This document shows positions 8,177-16,697 of a stretch of DNA of 34,887 bases, piece after piece. How positions within the stretch are numbered: position 1 is the first letter of the stretch; each line of letters opens with the position of its first letter. The stretch spans positions 1-34,887 of the forward strand of contig JBGSQJ010000340.1 in the NCBI GenBank assembly GCA_041738165.1, in the 5' to 3' direction. The notes beneath the pieces were generated by a model. The model was not told the origin of the DNA. It did not search any database and saw only the letters and a program-made list of their open reading frames with translations. The translations under genes were made by a program, and so were the position numbers. This DNA comes from Bdellovibrionales bacterium (GTDB taxonomy: Bacteria > Bdellovibrionota > Bdellovibrionia > Bdellovibrionales > UBA1609).

Positions 8177-10048
8177 TTTTTGGTTTTTACGAGACTCAGC
8201 CGCGCCGCCCTGAATCTCCCGCCGCGCTTCAATGAAAGTCGGGTCAAGCTGAAGGGCCCGCTCGAAAAATGACGGGGCGGTGGCGTCGCCCATTTGACGC
8301 TTCAAAAGTCCCATCGCCATGTAATAGTAAGGAGTGCGGCGATCTTCCGCTGGCAGACTCTCGAGTCCCCTTGAAAATTCATGAAGGCCAGATTGCCCAT
8401 CAAATGATTTGGCTTTCAACGAGGCCCAAACTGTCAATAGATACTGCCTGGATGATGGCATCACCTGTTCGGCTTTGCCGAGCTGCTCAAGAGCGCCCCG
8501 AAAATTCCCCTTTTTGATTAAATCCAATGCCGTCGTCACATAGACACTTGAACGTCTCAGCTTGGTGTCTTGCTCTGTTTTGATTTCTTCAAAGAGCTCC
8601 GCGCGCCGACGCTCGTCGACCATTATGTCTCTGGCTTTGGTCACCAATTCAAAACATTTGGTGCAGAATTCGACCAACTCAGCGGACGAATCCGCAGGTA
8701 GGGCCTTTGGATTGCTCGATCTGACATAATCTTGGTAGATTTTTTCAATAAAAGCGGGTGAAGCCGAATCTGAAGCGCCAAAATATGCGAACACCTGATC
8801 GGGCCGACGATCTTTAAGAGTCTCAAAGACCTTCTTGTATCGATCAAGAGCGGCTTGTTCACGCCCGGCTCGTTTTTCATCTTCGAAAATTAACACCCGC
8901 ATCAGCACGAGGCGATGAATGCAGCGATACACCAAGTCAGCTTTCGTCTCATCTGTCTTTAAACAGGTCGAAATCGACTTTCGATCTTCTACGGCCTTTC
9001 GAAAGTCATTCATTTCAAAATATTCAGGGCTATTGAACACTTGGTTCAAAACGTCGACAAACCCAACAACTCGAAGTGGCGAATCCAATACATCTTTGTA
9101 AAAGCTCCTTAAGTAGTCTAACGCCTTAGACTCATCAAAAATTTCTGAAAGATAGCTCATGAACTCGTACATATCCACAGGGTCCGCGTTGCTCTCTACC
9201 GCCACCTCGCCCAACGCAAAGCTCAAATTGATGGCACCCGACTGACAGATGCTCTTCATATCCGCCAAAATCTGAGCTCGTTGAGCCACCGCCATAGCGT
9301 GGGGGCTGACAAGACCCGCCTCGACAAGATCTGTGAGCACAAATTTCATTTCCGTTTTTTGCTTAAAAGACTTCCAATCATCGCCGTGCAAGAGGCCATT
9401 GGCGATCAAGGCCTCGATGCTTCGCTGCCGAGACTGTTCGGAGTCCAACTCTGCGATTTTTCCATCTTTGAGTTTGGCGCCAAATATTTCTCCCGACTCA
9501 CTTGCAATCGTTAGGTCACCTGACAGACCTACTTCCATAAGAAACGTAAGGATATAGGGGAGATCATAACCCGTAATTCCATCCAGTCGCTCAACGGCTT
9601 TCGCACGCTCGCGAAGACTCGTAATATGGCGAAGTAAAAGCGAATGAACCGTCCACCTTTCGACGCCAATGATATTCTCAAATCCATTTGAAATTGCAGC
9701 CTTGATTTCTTCTAGGTCAAAAGGCTTAGTCAAATAGGCGATCGCTCCGCATTTTCCTTTGGCTTCTTCTGCAAAAGACTTGTCTTTGAAAACTCCACTA
9801 ATCAGAATCACAGGTCCGTCGGCAAACTTCGTTTTGCGCATCTCTTCGACCAGGTCCACGCCGCTCATCTTGGGCAAAAGCACATCGACAATGGCCCCTT
9901 GAATGTATTGGAGTTTTGATAAGCTCAAAGCGTCTGCCGGTCGATTGGCAACCACGGGGCGTAGACCCAAACGTTTGACCACTTCAGATAGCACTTGTGT
10001 CGTGGCTTTGTCGTCATCCACTATAAGCACTTTGGTGACATTACTCAT
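8111..10048 (-). CDS. Response regulator with receiver, PATAN/DUF4388-like and C-terminal TPR domains
   Basis: The receiver (REC) shows KVLIVDDD..., an acceptor Asp in AIVDVLLPKMSG, and a conserved Lys in AYLTKPF. The DUF4388-like segment is GYDLPYILTFLMEVGLSGDLTIASESGEIFGAKLKDGKI...LVEAGLVSPH. The C-terminus has TPR-like helices (YYMAMGLLKRQMGDATAPSFFERALQLDPTFIEA). ATG 10048 is preferred over the TTG at 10051. Confidence 0.8.
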   Translation of the reverse strand: MSNVTKVLIVDDDKATTQVLSEVVKRLGLRPVVANRPADALSLSKLQYIQGAIVDVLLPKMSGVDLVEEMRKTKFADGPVILISGVFKDKSFAEEAKGKCGAIAYLTKPFDLEEIKAAISNGFENIIGVERWTVHSLLLRHITSLRERAKAVERLDGITGYDLPYILTFLMEVGLSGDLTIASESGEIFGAKLKDGKIAELDSEQSRQRSIEALIANGLLHGDDWKSFKQKTEMKFVLTDLVEAGLVSPHAMAVAQRAQILADMKSICQSGAINLSFALGEVAVESNADPVDMYEFMSYLSEIFDESKALDYLRSFYKDVLDSPLRVVGFVDVLNQVFNSPEYFEMNDFRKAVEDRKSISTCLKTDETKADLVYRCIHRLVLMRVLIFEDEKRAGREQAALDRYKKVFETLKDRRPDQVFAYFGASDSASPAFIEKIYQDYVRSSNPKALPADSSAELVEFCTKCFELVTKARDIMVDERRRAELFEEIKTEQDTKLRRSSVYVTTALDLIKKGNFRGALEQLGKAEQVMPSSRQYLLTVWASLKAKSFDGQSGLHEFSRGLESLPAEDRRTPYYYMAMGLLKRQMGDATAPSFFERALQLDPTFIEARREIQGGAAESRKNQKLDIFTDDITAVVSNLFKRKPK

Positions 10049-10095
10049 CAATGTTATATCGGAGTTTTTCAGCTAAAAATCGACTCGACCAGAGA

Positions 10096-10515
10096 CTAGC
10101 TTGCCTGCCCGGGATGATGTTTCTTCCAGGCTTCAGTGATCTTTTTAGTTAGGGTCTCAATATTAAAGGGCTTCACCACATATCCACTGACACCGCACCC
10201 CGCCGCCTCGATAACAGCCCCTTTTTCAGACTCAGTTGTCACTAGCAAAAAGGGCAAGGCTTCAAATTCTGGGAGTGCTCGAACTTGCTTTAAAAAATCA
10301 AGGCCACTTGGACCAGGCATATTCAAATCTGACAAAACCAATCCAACTGCATTTGGAGTTTTAACAAAAAATTTCAATTTTCCCAAAGCCTCAATCGCGT
10401 CCTCAGAGGTGGTGATTTTAGAAAACCCCATCCTCTGAAGCGAGTCGACGACAATTCGACGAATATTGAGTGAGTCATCTACAACCAAAACATGTGTGTC
10501 TTTTCCAAAGCCCAT
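10096..10515 (-). CDS. CheY-like single-domain response regulator
   Basis: Receiver motifs HVLVVDDS, VLSDLNMPGPSG and YVVKPF are present. ATG 10515 is preferred because it forms a TAATG stop/start overlap with the upstream kinase gene. The ORF-track start at 10551 lies inside that gene. Confidence 0.9.
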   Translation of the reverse strand: MGFGKDTHVLVVDDSLNIRRIVVDSLQRMGFSKITTSEDAIEALGKLKFFVKTPNAVGLVLSDLNMPGPSGLDFLKQVRALPEFEALPFLLVTTESEKGAVIEAAGCGVSGYVVKPFNIETLTKKITEAWKKHHPGQAS

Positions 10516-12407
10516 TAAGCACTCCTCAATACTGATTCTATCTGGTTCCAATGGGGCAAGTGAAGATGAATTTTGGTGCCGATGCCCACATTCGATTCAA
10601 TATTAAAAGTGCCTTTCATCTTCAACACTTCGGCGCGCAAAGCATCTAGACCAACGCCACGTCCAGAGTACTCCCCCACCTCAGTTCGAGACGAAAAACC
10701 CGTCCAGGCCACGGCCTGTACCACTTCCGCGTCTGTCAGAGCCGAGATGTCTTTGTCGGGAAATTTTTCACCTAATTTTTCTCTTATGACGGCAGGGTCA
10801 ATACCTCGGCCATTGTCTTCTATCAACAGGGAGAAACCATCATCACTCAGCGTTGCCGTGACCGAGATTCTGCCGGCCTCGGGTTTTTCAGCCCATAAGC
10901 GTTCATCGGGGGTTTCAATTCCGTGATCAACCGCATTTCGAAATGCATGAACCAAGCTTGAGAAAACATCCGAATAAGCGCCTGCCGGCAGTCTTATTTC
11001 ATTGTCATTGATAAGCAAGGGTTCTACTTTTTTTCCTAAGTTTTCACTGACCGACTGCACGAGACTGTCATAGTAAGAAAGTAAACTTTTTAGCTCTACA
11101 TTTAAAAAGATGTCCTCAGCCTTGGACTTGATCGTTTCAGCCCCTTTGACTTTTGAAAGATCGTCAATCCACTCGAGCGCTTGACCCATAGACACTTCAA
11201 TCCGGCGATCTTGCTCACTCTTAGATCTTTCAATAACGCCTTCATTTTTCTTCAAAAAATCATCGTATTCTTTACGAAGAGTCTCAAGTGACACTTTGTA
11301 CTCTTCAAGGGCCGAGGGATCATTGACTCCAGTGCCCTTAAACGGTTCCAAAATTCCTTGTGAAACACGGGTCGCCAAGCGCAAGGGCCGAAGTGAAAAT
11401 ATTCCAGCTTCGCCTTCTATAGTGTGCAAAATTCGAAAGCTTTCCTGAACACTCTCTTGAGTGTCAATGCGAGTCACGAGTTGATTCAATTTCGGAAAGG
11501 TTTCTTCGACCCCAGCTAAAAATCTTGTGAACTGGTTTTTATTTTTAATGTATTTAATGATCATGCTGGCATACTGACGCTCTTCTTCGAGTGCAAGTTG
11601 AGCTTTTCGCTCTTCGGTCTTGTCTGTTGCCACAACCACTACACTGCCAATTTTGTTTGCCTCATCTCGAATGGGGTAATACTCCAGAGGCACATACTTA
11701 TTAGAATCACCTTCATAGGTTTGAGGGCCAAGAGCTTTCATGTCTTCAAATGGCAACATCTCTTGAAATACAGCGTCGATCCATTTTTTAAATGTACCCA
11801 GCTCAGCGTCCGGTACTCCTAATACCTTCCACGCCGTTTGACCTTTAGGAGTCACCGCCAACATCGCCTCGCAAGCCCGAGTGAAGACATCGCTGCAGGC
11901 GCCAGTGGAGTCGAACGTGAAAAACCCCTGTCCCAGTGAGTTCAAGATGGCCTGAAGGGTTTGATTGACTCTACGTAATTCGAGAGTTCTTTCTTCAACT
12001 AACTTTTCGAGATTTTTTGCATATTCTTCTTTTTGAGCCAGCTCAGATCGATATTTTGAGTGAAGGGCTTCCTCAAGGCTCACATCTCTTACAAAAAAGG
12101 CCCACGTGACTTCCGTCATAGGGCGAATTGCCAATTGCAGGCGCCCAACCCTCTCGTCCTTGGTCAATTTAAATCCGGTTTCGATAAATGGCGTTGGAGC
12201 ATCCCGGCCCGCAGATTTTGCATCGAACGGAAAAATACCTGGCTCATCAATTTGAATAAGGTCAGACAACAGCGCCTTTCCCATGATCCTTCTTGCGGAA
12301 GTTCCACAAAAAACGGCCGCCGCGTCATTGCAATACTCGACCTTACCGTCGGGACCGACAATAAATGCAGCATCTAAAATAGAATCAAAAACCGAGTAAT
12401 CAACCAT
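10515..12407 (-). CDS. PAS-PAS-Hpt(P1)-dimerisation-HATPase(P4) CheA-like histidine kinase lacking a CheW-like P5 domain
   Basis: The Hpt His lies in SFRILHTIEGEAGIFSL. The CheA-type catalytic core is LGKKVEPLLINDNEIRLP...LVHAFRNAVDHGIETPDERL...LLIEDNGRGID...SGRGVGLDALR...GTKIHLHLP. The protein ends about 12 aa after that, so there is no room for a P5 domain. The N-terminal ~270 aa are PAS-like (two modules). Confidence 0.8.
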   Translation of the reverse strand: MVDYSVFDSILDAAFIVGPDGKVEYCNDAAAVFCGTSARRIMGKALLSDLIQIDEPGIFPFDAKSAGRDAPTPFIETGFKLTKDERVGRLQLAIRPMTEVTWAFFVRDVSLEEALHSKYRSELAQKEEYAKNLEKLVEERTLELRRVNQTLQAILNSLGQGFFTFDSTGACSDVFTRACEAMLAVTPKGQTAWKVLGVPDAELGTFKKWIDAVFQEMLPFEDMKALGPQTYEGDSNKYVPLEYYPIRDEANKIGSVVVVATDKTEERKAQLALEEERQYASMIIKYIKNKNQFTRFLAGVEETFPKLNQLVTRIDTQESVQESFRILHTIEGEAGIFSLRPLRLATRVSQGILEPFKGTGVNDPSALEEYKVSLETLRKEYDDFLKKNEGVIERSKSEQDRRIEVSMGQALEWIDDLSKVKGAETIKSKAEDIFLNVELKSLLSYYDSLVQSVSENLGKKVEPLLINDNEIRLPAGAYSDVFSSLVHAFRNAVDHGIETPDERLWAEKPEAGRISVTATLSDDGFSLLIEDNGRGIDPAVIREKLGEKFPDKDISALTDAEVVQAVAWTGFSSRTEVGEYSGRGVGLDALRAEVLKMKGTFNIESNVGIGTKIHLHLPHWNQIESVLRSA

Positions 12408-12873
12408 TTTTTAAAAACTTAAAGTATTTAGCTTCAATGACATCAATTTCCATGACCTCACCCGAATCGTCCTTAACTTCAGACGGCGGCGTGACCTCCG
12501 AACCATTGAACTCTTTGCCATTCATAAAAAGGACCATTCGCTCGTCACCCGAGGCATCCGAATAGTAAGGCACATAAAAACTCTCAATGATCGTGCCGTC
12601 AGGCAGAAAACCCGCAACCATATTGATTTGGTCAACGATGATCTTTGGGCAGTGCCTGACAGAAAGCTTCAAGCTCGTTGGAAAGGCCTTTATCCATTTG
12701 ATCCACTCTCGAATCCCAACTGAATTGATGGCTGTCACACCTTCTAAATCGAGATTGACTTCGGCCGCAGAGCCCAAGTTCGGCGCAACAAAACTCGCAT
12801 CCTCATCGATCCCGCCCTTTACAAAGATGACGGCGATATTGCCTTCTGGCTTAACTTCTATCGTTAGTGCCAT
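12400..12873 (-). CDS. STAS-domain protein (anti-sigma-factor-antagonist-like) with a C-terminal extension
   Basis: VNLDLEGVTAINSVGIREW aligns with SpoIIAA LNLEDLSFMDSSGLGVI, and the Ser aligned to the phosphorylated Ser58 is kept. AAGGAGG lies 7 nt upstream of the ATG. The stop overlaps the next gene's start by 8 nt (ATGGTTGA). Confidence 0.7.
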   Translation of the reverse strand: MALTIEVKPEGNIAVIFVKGGIDEDASFVAPNLGSAAEVNLDLEGVTAINSVGIREWIKWIKAFPTSLKLSVRHCPKIIVDQINMVAGFLPDGTIIESFYVPYYSDASGDERMVLFMNGKEFNGSEVTPPSEVKDDSGEVMEIDVIEAKYFKFLKNG

Positions 12874-13684
12874 TTGATTTTCCTCCTTCTATTTGAAACC
12901 AATGTATACTTTTGCCCATTTCTAATCTTTTTCTCTGACTCATTTTTCGCGGAAACACACAAACCGATGTGGTCTGAGATTGAGAGCTGACCCCCAAATA
13001 CAAACTCAAGCATGCATTGAGTATCATAAAGCTGCCTATGCCAGCTCCGCCAGTTCCAAAGTTCATGGTCTGGGCGGGCCCGCACAAAACGGTTTTCTGA
13101 ATTTTCTTTAAATAGCGCGGAATATTCAGCGCGCCAAATGGGTCGGTGCAAGCCACCGCAATTCGGTCTGCACTCTGACCTATTGAGAGCTGAGCCCGTC
13201 CGGCACGCTCTAATGTCACACGGTTGCCAACGCGCTCCACACCAGGACGTGTGACTTCATCCAAAAATGCAACGGGAGCGTTGTAAATAGCATTTGTAAA
13301 CAGTTCGTCGGTCACCTGCACAATGTCGTCTATCGTACTGGCCGTACACCCAATGTCCTGCAGACTCTGGCGCGTTGCCTCTAAGACCTCTGTCTTGGCA
13401 ATCGAGTCGTTGAACTCCAAATTGAGCACCGTGCAATCGAATTCGGATTTTGGCGACGGCGAGTTTGGATTCAGCACTGTTGAAAGTGGGAATTTCAAAT
13501 ACTGCTCTGGCGACGTCAAAATTAAATTTGCGGAGGCTCTCTCATCAACAATTTCGAATCGATTGGTCTGGCACACGTGGTGAACACCTTCAGTCAAGGC
13601 CCAAGTCAACACATCTTCAGGCGACATATCCGCGCCCTCAACGATCGGGCTTTGTAGAGATTTTGCTGCTCCACCCGCGCTCAT
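12851..13684 (-). CDS. GHKL-type ATP-binding protein, RsbW/SpoIIAB-like Ser kinase candidate, N-terminally extended
   Basis: There is an N-box-like VTDELFTNAIYNAP, a G1-like ACTDPFGAL and a G2-like FGTGGAGIGSF. At 277 aa it is longer than typical RsbW/SpoIIAB proteins. The ATG follows the upstream TAG by 1 nt. Confidence 0.55.
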   Translation of the reverse strand: MSAGGAAKSLQSPIVEGADMSPEDVLTWALTEGVHHVCQTNRFEIVDERASANLILTSPEQYLKFPLSTVLNPNSPSPKSEFDCTVLNLEFNDSIAKTEVLEATRQSLQDIGCTASTIDDIVQVTDELFTNAIYNAPVAFLDEVTRPGVERVGNRVTLERAGRAQLSIGQSADRIAVACTDPFGALNIPRYLKKIQKTVLCGPAQTMNFGTGGAGIGSFMILNACLSLYLGVSSQSQTTSVCVFPRKMSQRKRLEMGKSIHWFQIEGGKSNGTNDRS

Positions 13685-13685
13685 T

Positions 13686-15518
13686 CTATGCCACTTTCCT
13701 ATTCATTTCACACATCACCATGGTGACGTCATCGATGAGCTCCGTGCCTTCTCGAAATGTGTTGATCTTGTCGACCATAAACTTGATTCGACTTGTTTCG
13801 TCCTCAAGTTTGTTGGCGCTCTCGAGCAAATTTCTTAAGAAGATTCGCTCACCCCACTTGTTGCCCGCTTGGTCTTGAACATCGACAATTCCATCTGTGT
13901 AAAAGAACAACATGTCGCCTTGTTGAATTTGAAGATGAGTCTCTTCATATTTGAAGTCTGGTCGATCTCCAAGTCTTGGCCCATTGACTTCGTTGAGCGG
14001 AACGAGATCTTTTTTCTTCATTGTTTCACCAGATTTTCGCATCAAAAATGGCGGATCATGACTGGCGCAGGCATAGGTTAAAACATTCGTATCTAGATCG
14101 ATAGCCGCAATAAAAAAGGTCATCATTATCTGACCCTTTGACGTTTGATAAATCGCGCTATTGAGTACGGTCAAGGCGTGGCCGGGACCCACGCCCGGCA
14201 TTGTCTCAATCACGGCGGCAGCAGATCTTGCCGCACTAGTGATCAATGCGGCTGGCGCACCGTGGCCCGTAGCATCTCCAATCCACAAAAACACTTTGTT
14301 TCCGATTTTCGAGTAGCTCCACCAATCCCCTCCGCACTCACTTGCGGGCTCAAAATGACCTTCAATTTTGTATTCACCAAATTCGGCGGTAGACGCTGGA
14401 AAAAGTGTTTCTTGCACGGTCTTGACTGTTGAGAGCTCACTGGCCATACGTGCCTTTTCGGCGGTCTCAGTCATCAATCTCGACACTTCAGCGGCCATCC
14501 AGTTGAAACTCTCGGCAAGACCGCCCACTTCATCACTTGAATTGGACCGAACGTTGACCTGAAAATCCCCTTGACCAATTTTCTTCGTGGCTTCAAATAG
14601 CTCTCGAATGGTTGAAGTCAATTGATTCGAGGCAAAAACGCTGATCAACAATGTGGTCGCGAGTAGCGCGGCGAAAAACAAAAGTGACTTTGACACAAGT
14701 ACGTCAACGGCTTTGAGAGCTTTGCTTTTGTCCACTTGAGAAATCACGAACAAATCACCAAGTCCCACTTGGGCGTAAGACACCAAGTAGGAACGGGCGT
14801 CTGTTAACTTGAGCTCTCCTGTTCCTTCGCTGATTTTGTCATTAAAGACTTTGGCGAGCAGGGGTACGTCGCGGGTTTCGGTGTCAGATGCGCCGATCAC
14901 CACACTCGCCGACTTTGAGTACACAATGCTTTTGTACATGCCCACCATGGCGAACGCGTTTCTGAGATCCGACGCGCGATACAATGAGAGTATCAGCATG
15001 TGGTGCGTGTCTGTCGCCTCGCCCAAGCGATAGGCCAAAAGCACTTGATCCGACGTGCTCTCGACACTCAAAATAGCCGCGCCATTTTGGACAGCTGGAT
15101 TTTGAATTTGTGCAATCATTTTGGAGTCGGCAATGAGCTTGGCCGAAGCCTCATCTCTCTCAAGCTTTCCAAGTGTCACATAAAGCCCATTTTTATCTTT
15201 TCGAACTAAGGTCACCGCCAACAGGCGATCATTCTTTTCAAAAAGCCTTTGGGCAATTGGGTTGAACGCTCCGCCCGAAAAATTAAAATTTTCGACAATG
15301 GAGCGCAGAGAGCCATAGGCTGAGTGCATTTCCATTCGAGTTTGGGTTGCGAGCGAGCGCGAAACAGTTGCACTAGAATCGAAGACGTACGCCACTTTGT
15401 CTTGTTGAAACAAATCTGTGGCCATAACCAAATACAGCCCAAGCGTGATCAAAGGCAAACTCACAAGCAAGATCAACAACTTGTATCTCAACGACAAACG
15501 TACTTTGAAATGCTTCAT
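13686..15518 (-). CDS. Membrane sensor HAMP-PP2C (SpoIIE/RsbU-like) Ser phosphatase
   Basis: Two hydrophobic segments (LLILLVSLPLITLGLYLV and LLFFAALLATTLLISVFA) flank an extracytoplasmic region of about 250 aa. The HAMP motif is IGQGDFQVNVRSNSSDEVGGLAESFNWM. The PP2C motifs are ECGGDWWSY and IGDATGHGAPAAL. ATG 15518 (MKHFKV...) is preferred; the TTG at 15548 is possible. Confidence 0.85.
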   Translation of the reverse strand: MKHFKVRLSLRYKLLILLVSLPLITLGLYLVMATDLFQQDKVAYVFDSSATVSRSLATQTRMEMHSAYGSLRSIVENFNFSGGAFNPIAQRLFEKNDRLLAVTLVRKDKNGLYVTLGKLERDEASAKLIADSKMIAQIQNPAVQNGAAILSVESTSDQVLLAYRLGEATDTHHMLILSLYRASDLRNAFAMVGMYKSIVYSKSASVVIGASDTETRDVPLLAKVFNDKISEGTGELKLTDARSYLVSYAQVGLGDLFVISQVDKSKALKAVDVLVSKSLLFFAALLATTLLISVFASNQLTSTIRELFEATKKIGQGDFQVNVRSNSSDEVGGLAESFNWMAAEVSRLMTETAEKARMASELSTVKTVQETLFPASTAEFGEYKIEGHFEPASECGGDWWSYSKIGNKVFLWIGDATGHGAPAALITSAARSAAAVIETMPGVGPGHALTVLNSAIYQTSKGQIMMTFFIAAIDLDTNVLTYACASHDPPFLMRKSGETMKKKDLVPLNEVNGPRLGDRPDFKYEETHLQIQQGDMLFFYTDGIVDVQDQAGNKWGERIFLRNLLESANKLEDETSRIKFMVDKINTFREGTELIDDVTMVMCEMNRKVA

Positions 15519-15581
15519 ACAGGTACTGTATCGGAGCGCGACACTCAATCATTCAGTCATTTATATAATAAAAATAGTCAC

Positions 15582-16697
15582 TTAAGACCATAGGCGAGCC
15601 GATGCGAAGACATTGTCCCCGACGGCGCGATAGCGAATAGATTTGGCCACCGGAGCTTGGTCTAGACTTTTTAAGTTTAGAGACTTAGACCACGACTGGC
15701 CCTGCCCTAAAATCTGGTTACCCAAGAAAAGATAAAGCCGATCAACCAAAGAATTGTTCAAAAATTCTCCTATCGTAAACGCGCCCGCTTCCACATAAAC
15801 ACTAAAAATAGAGTTCTCGAGTAGAATTTTATGAAGGTCAGATGAATTGAACACGCCCTGCAGTTGAGGAAGAACCGCCAGCCGAACCCCCTTTGGAGCT
15901 TTAAGGCCCGATTTTGCTGTGATCAGTAGAATCGACTCAGGAGGCCGAATTTCTTGAAATCGAAACTTCAAAAAATTCTCAAGAATTCTACCCTTGGGAT
16001 CGAGAACAACAAGATTTTGAGGCTTGTCTTTGAAGCGATCAAATCGACAATTGAGCTGTGGGTTGTCGGCCATGATCGTCCCCGAACCGGTCAACACCGC
16101 ATCGTAACCACCCCGAAGCCATTGCCCCATCTTTCGGGCCCGAGGGTTGGTGATCCACTGGCTTTCACCATTGCCCAATGCCGTTTGCCCATCTAACGAT
16201 GTCGCCACTTTACAGGCGTAAAAAGGTCGCCCCTTTCTTTGATTGACTAAAAAGGCTTCGCAAATCTCTTCGAGTTCGAGCTGAAGTGATTTGAATTTTT
16301 CAACTTGAATTCCAGCCGCCTTAAGAATTTCACAGCCCTTGCCAGAGACCTGAGGATTAGGATCAGTAAGTCCGTATGTGACTTTGCCAATCGATGTTTT
16401 AGCCAGGGCCTTCGCGCAAGACGGCGTACGCCCTTCATGAGCACAGGGCTCAAGTGTGACAATCACATGGGCGCCTTTGAGTCTTGAAGAATCTTTGATT
16501 TGCCCCAAAGCCATGGCCTCGGCGTGCGCTTCTCCACACTTGGCATGATAGCCCTCAGACAAAACGCGGCCGCTTGAGTCTAATATCACACAACCAACCA
16601 TCGGGTTCGGAGACACAAAGCCAAAACCCTGCCTAGCCAAGCGAATAGCTCTGGCCATGGCCTGCTCGACTGTGATCGGACCCACTACGTCTGCCAA
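15582..16697 (-). CDS. ribD: Bifunctional riboflavin biosynthesis deaminase/reductase RibD
   Basis: The deaminase zinc motifs HAEAMAL and TLEPCAHEGRTPSCA are followed by a reductase half (KVATSLDGQTAL...). The start is uncertain: TTG 16697, GTG 16685 or ATG 16658. Confidence 0.9.
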   Translation of the reverse strand: MADVVGPITVEQAMARAIRLARQGFGFVSPNPMVGCVILDSSGRVLSEGYHAKCGEAHAEAMALGQIKDSSRLKGAHVIVTLEPCAHEGRTPSCAKALAKTSIGKVTYGLTDPNPQVSGKGCEILKAAGIQVEKFKSLQLELEEICEAFLVNQRKGRPFYACKVATSLDGQTALGNGESQWITNPRARKMGQWLRGGYDAVLTGSGTIMADNPQLNCRFDRFKDKPQNLVVLDPKGRILENFLKFRFQEIRPPESILLITAKSGLKAPKGVRLAVLPQLQGVFNSSDLHKILLENSIFSVYVEAGAFTIGEFLNNSLVDRLYLFLGNQILGQGQSWSKSLNLKSLDQAPVAKSIRYRAVGDNVFASARLWS

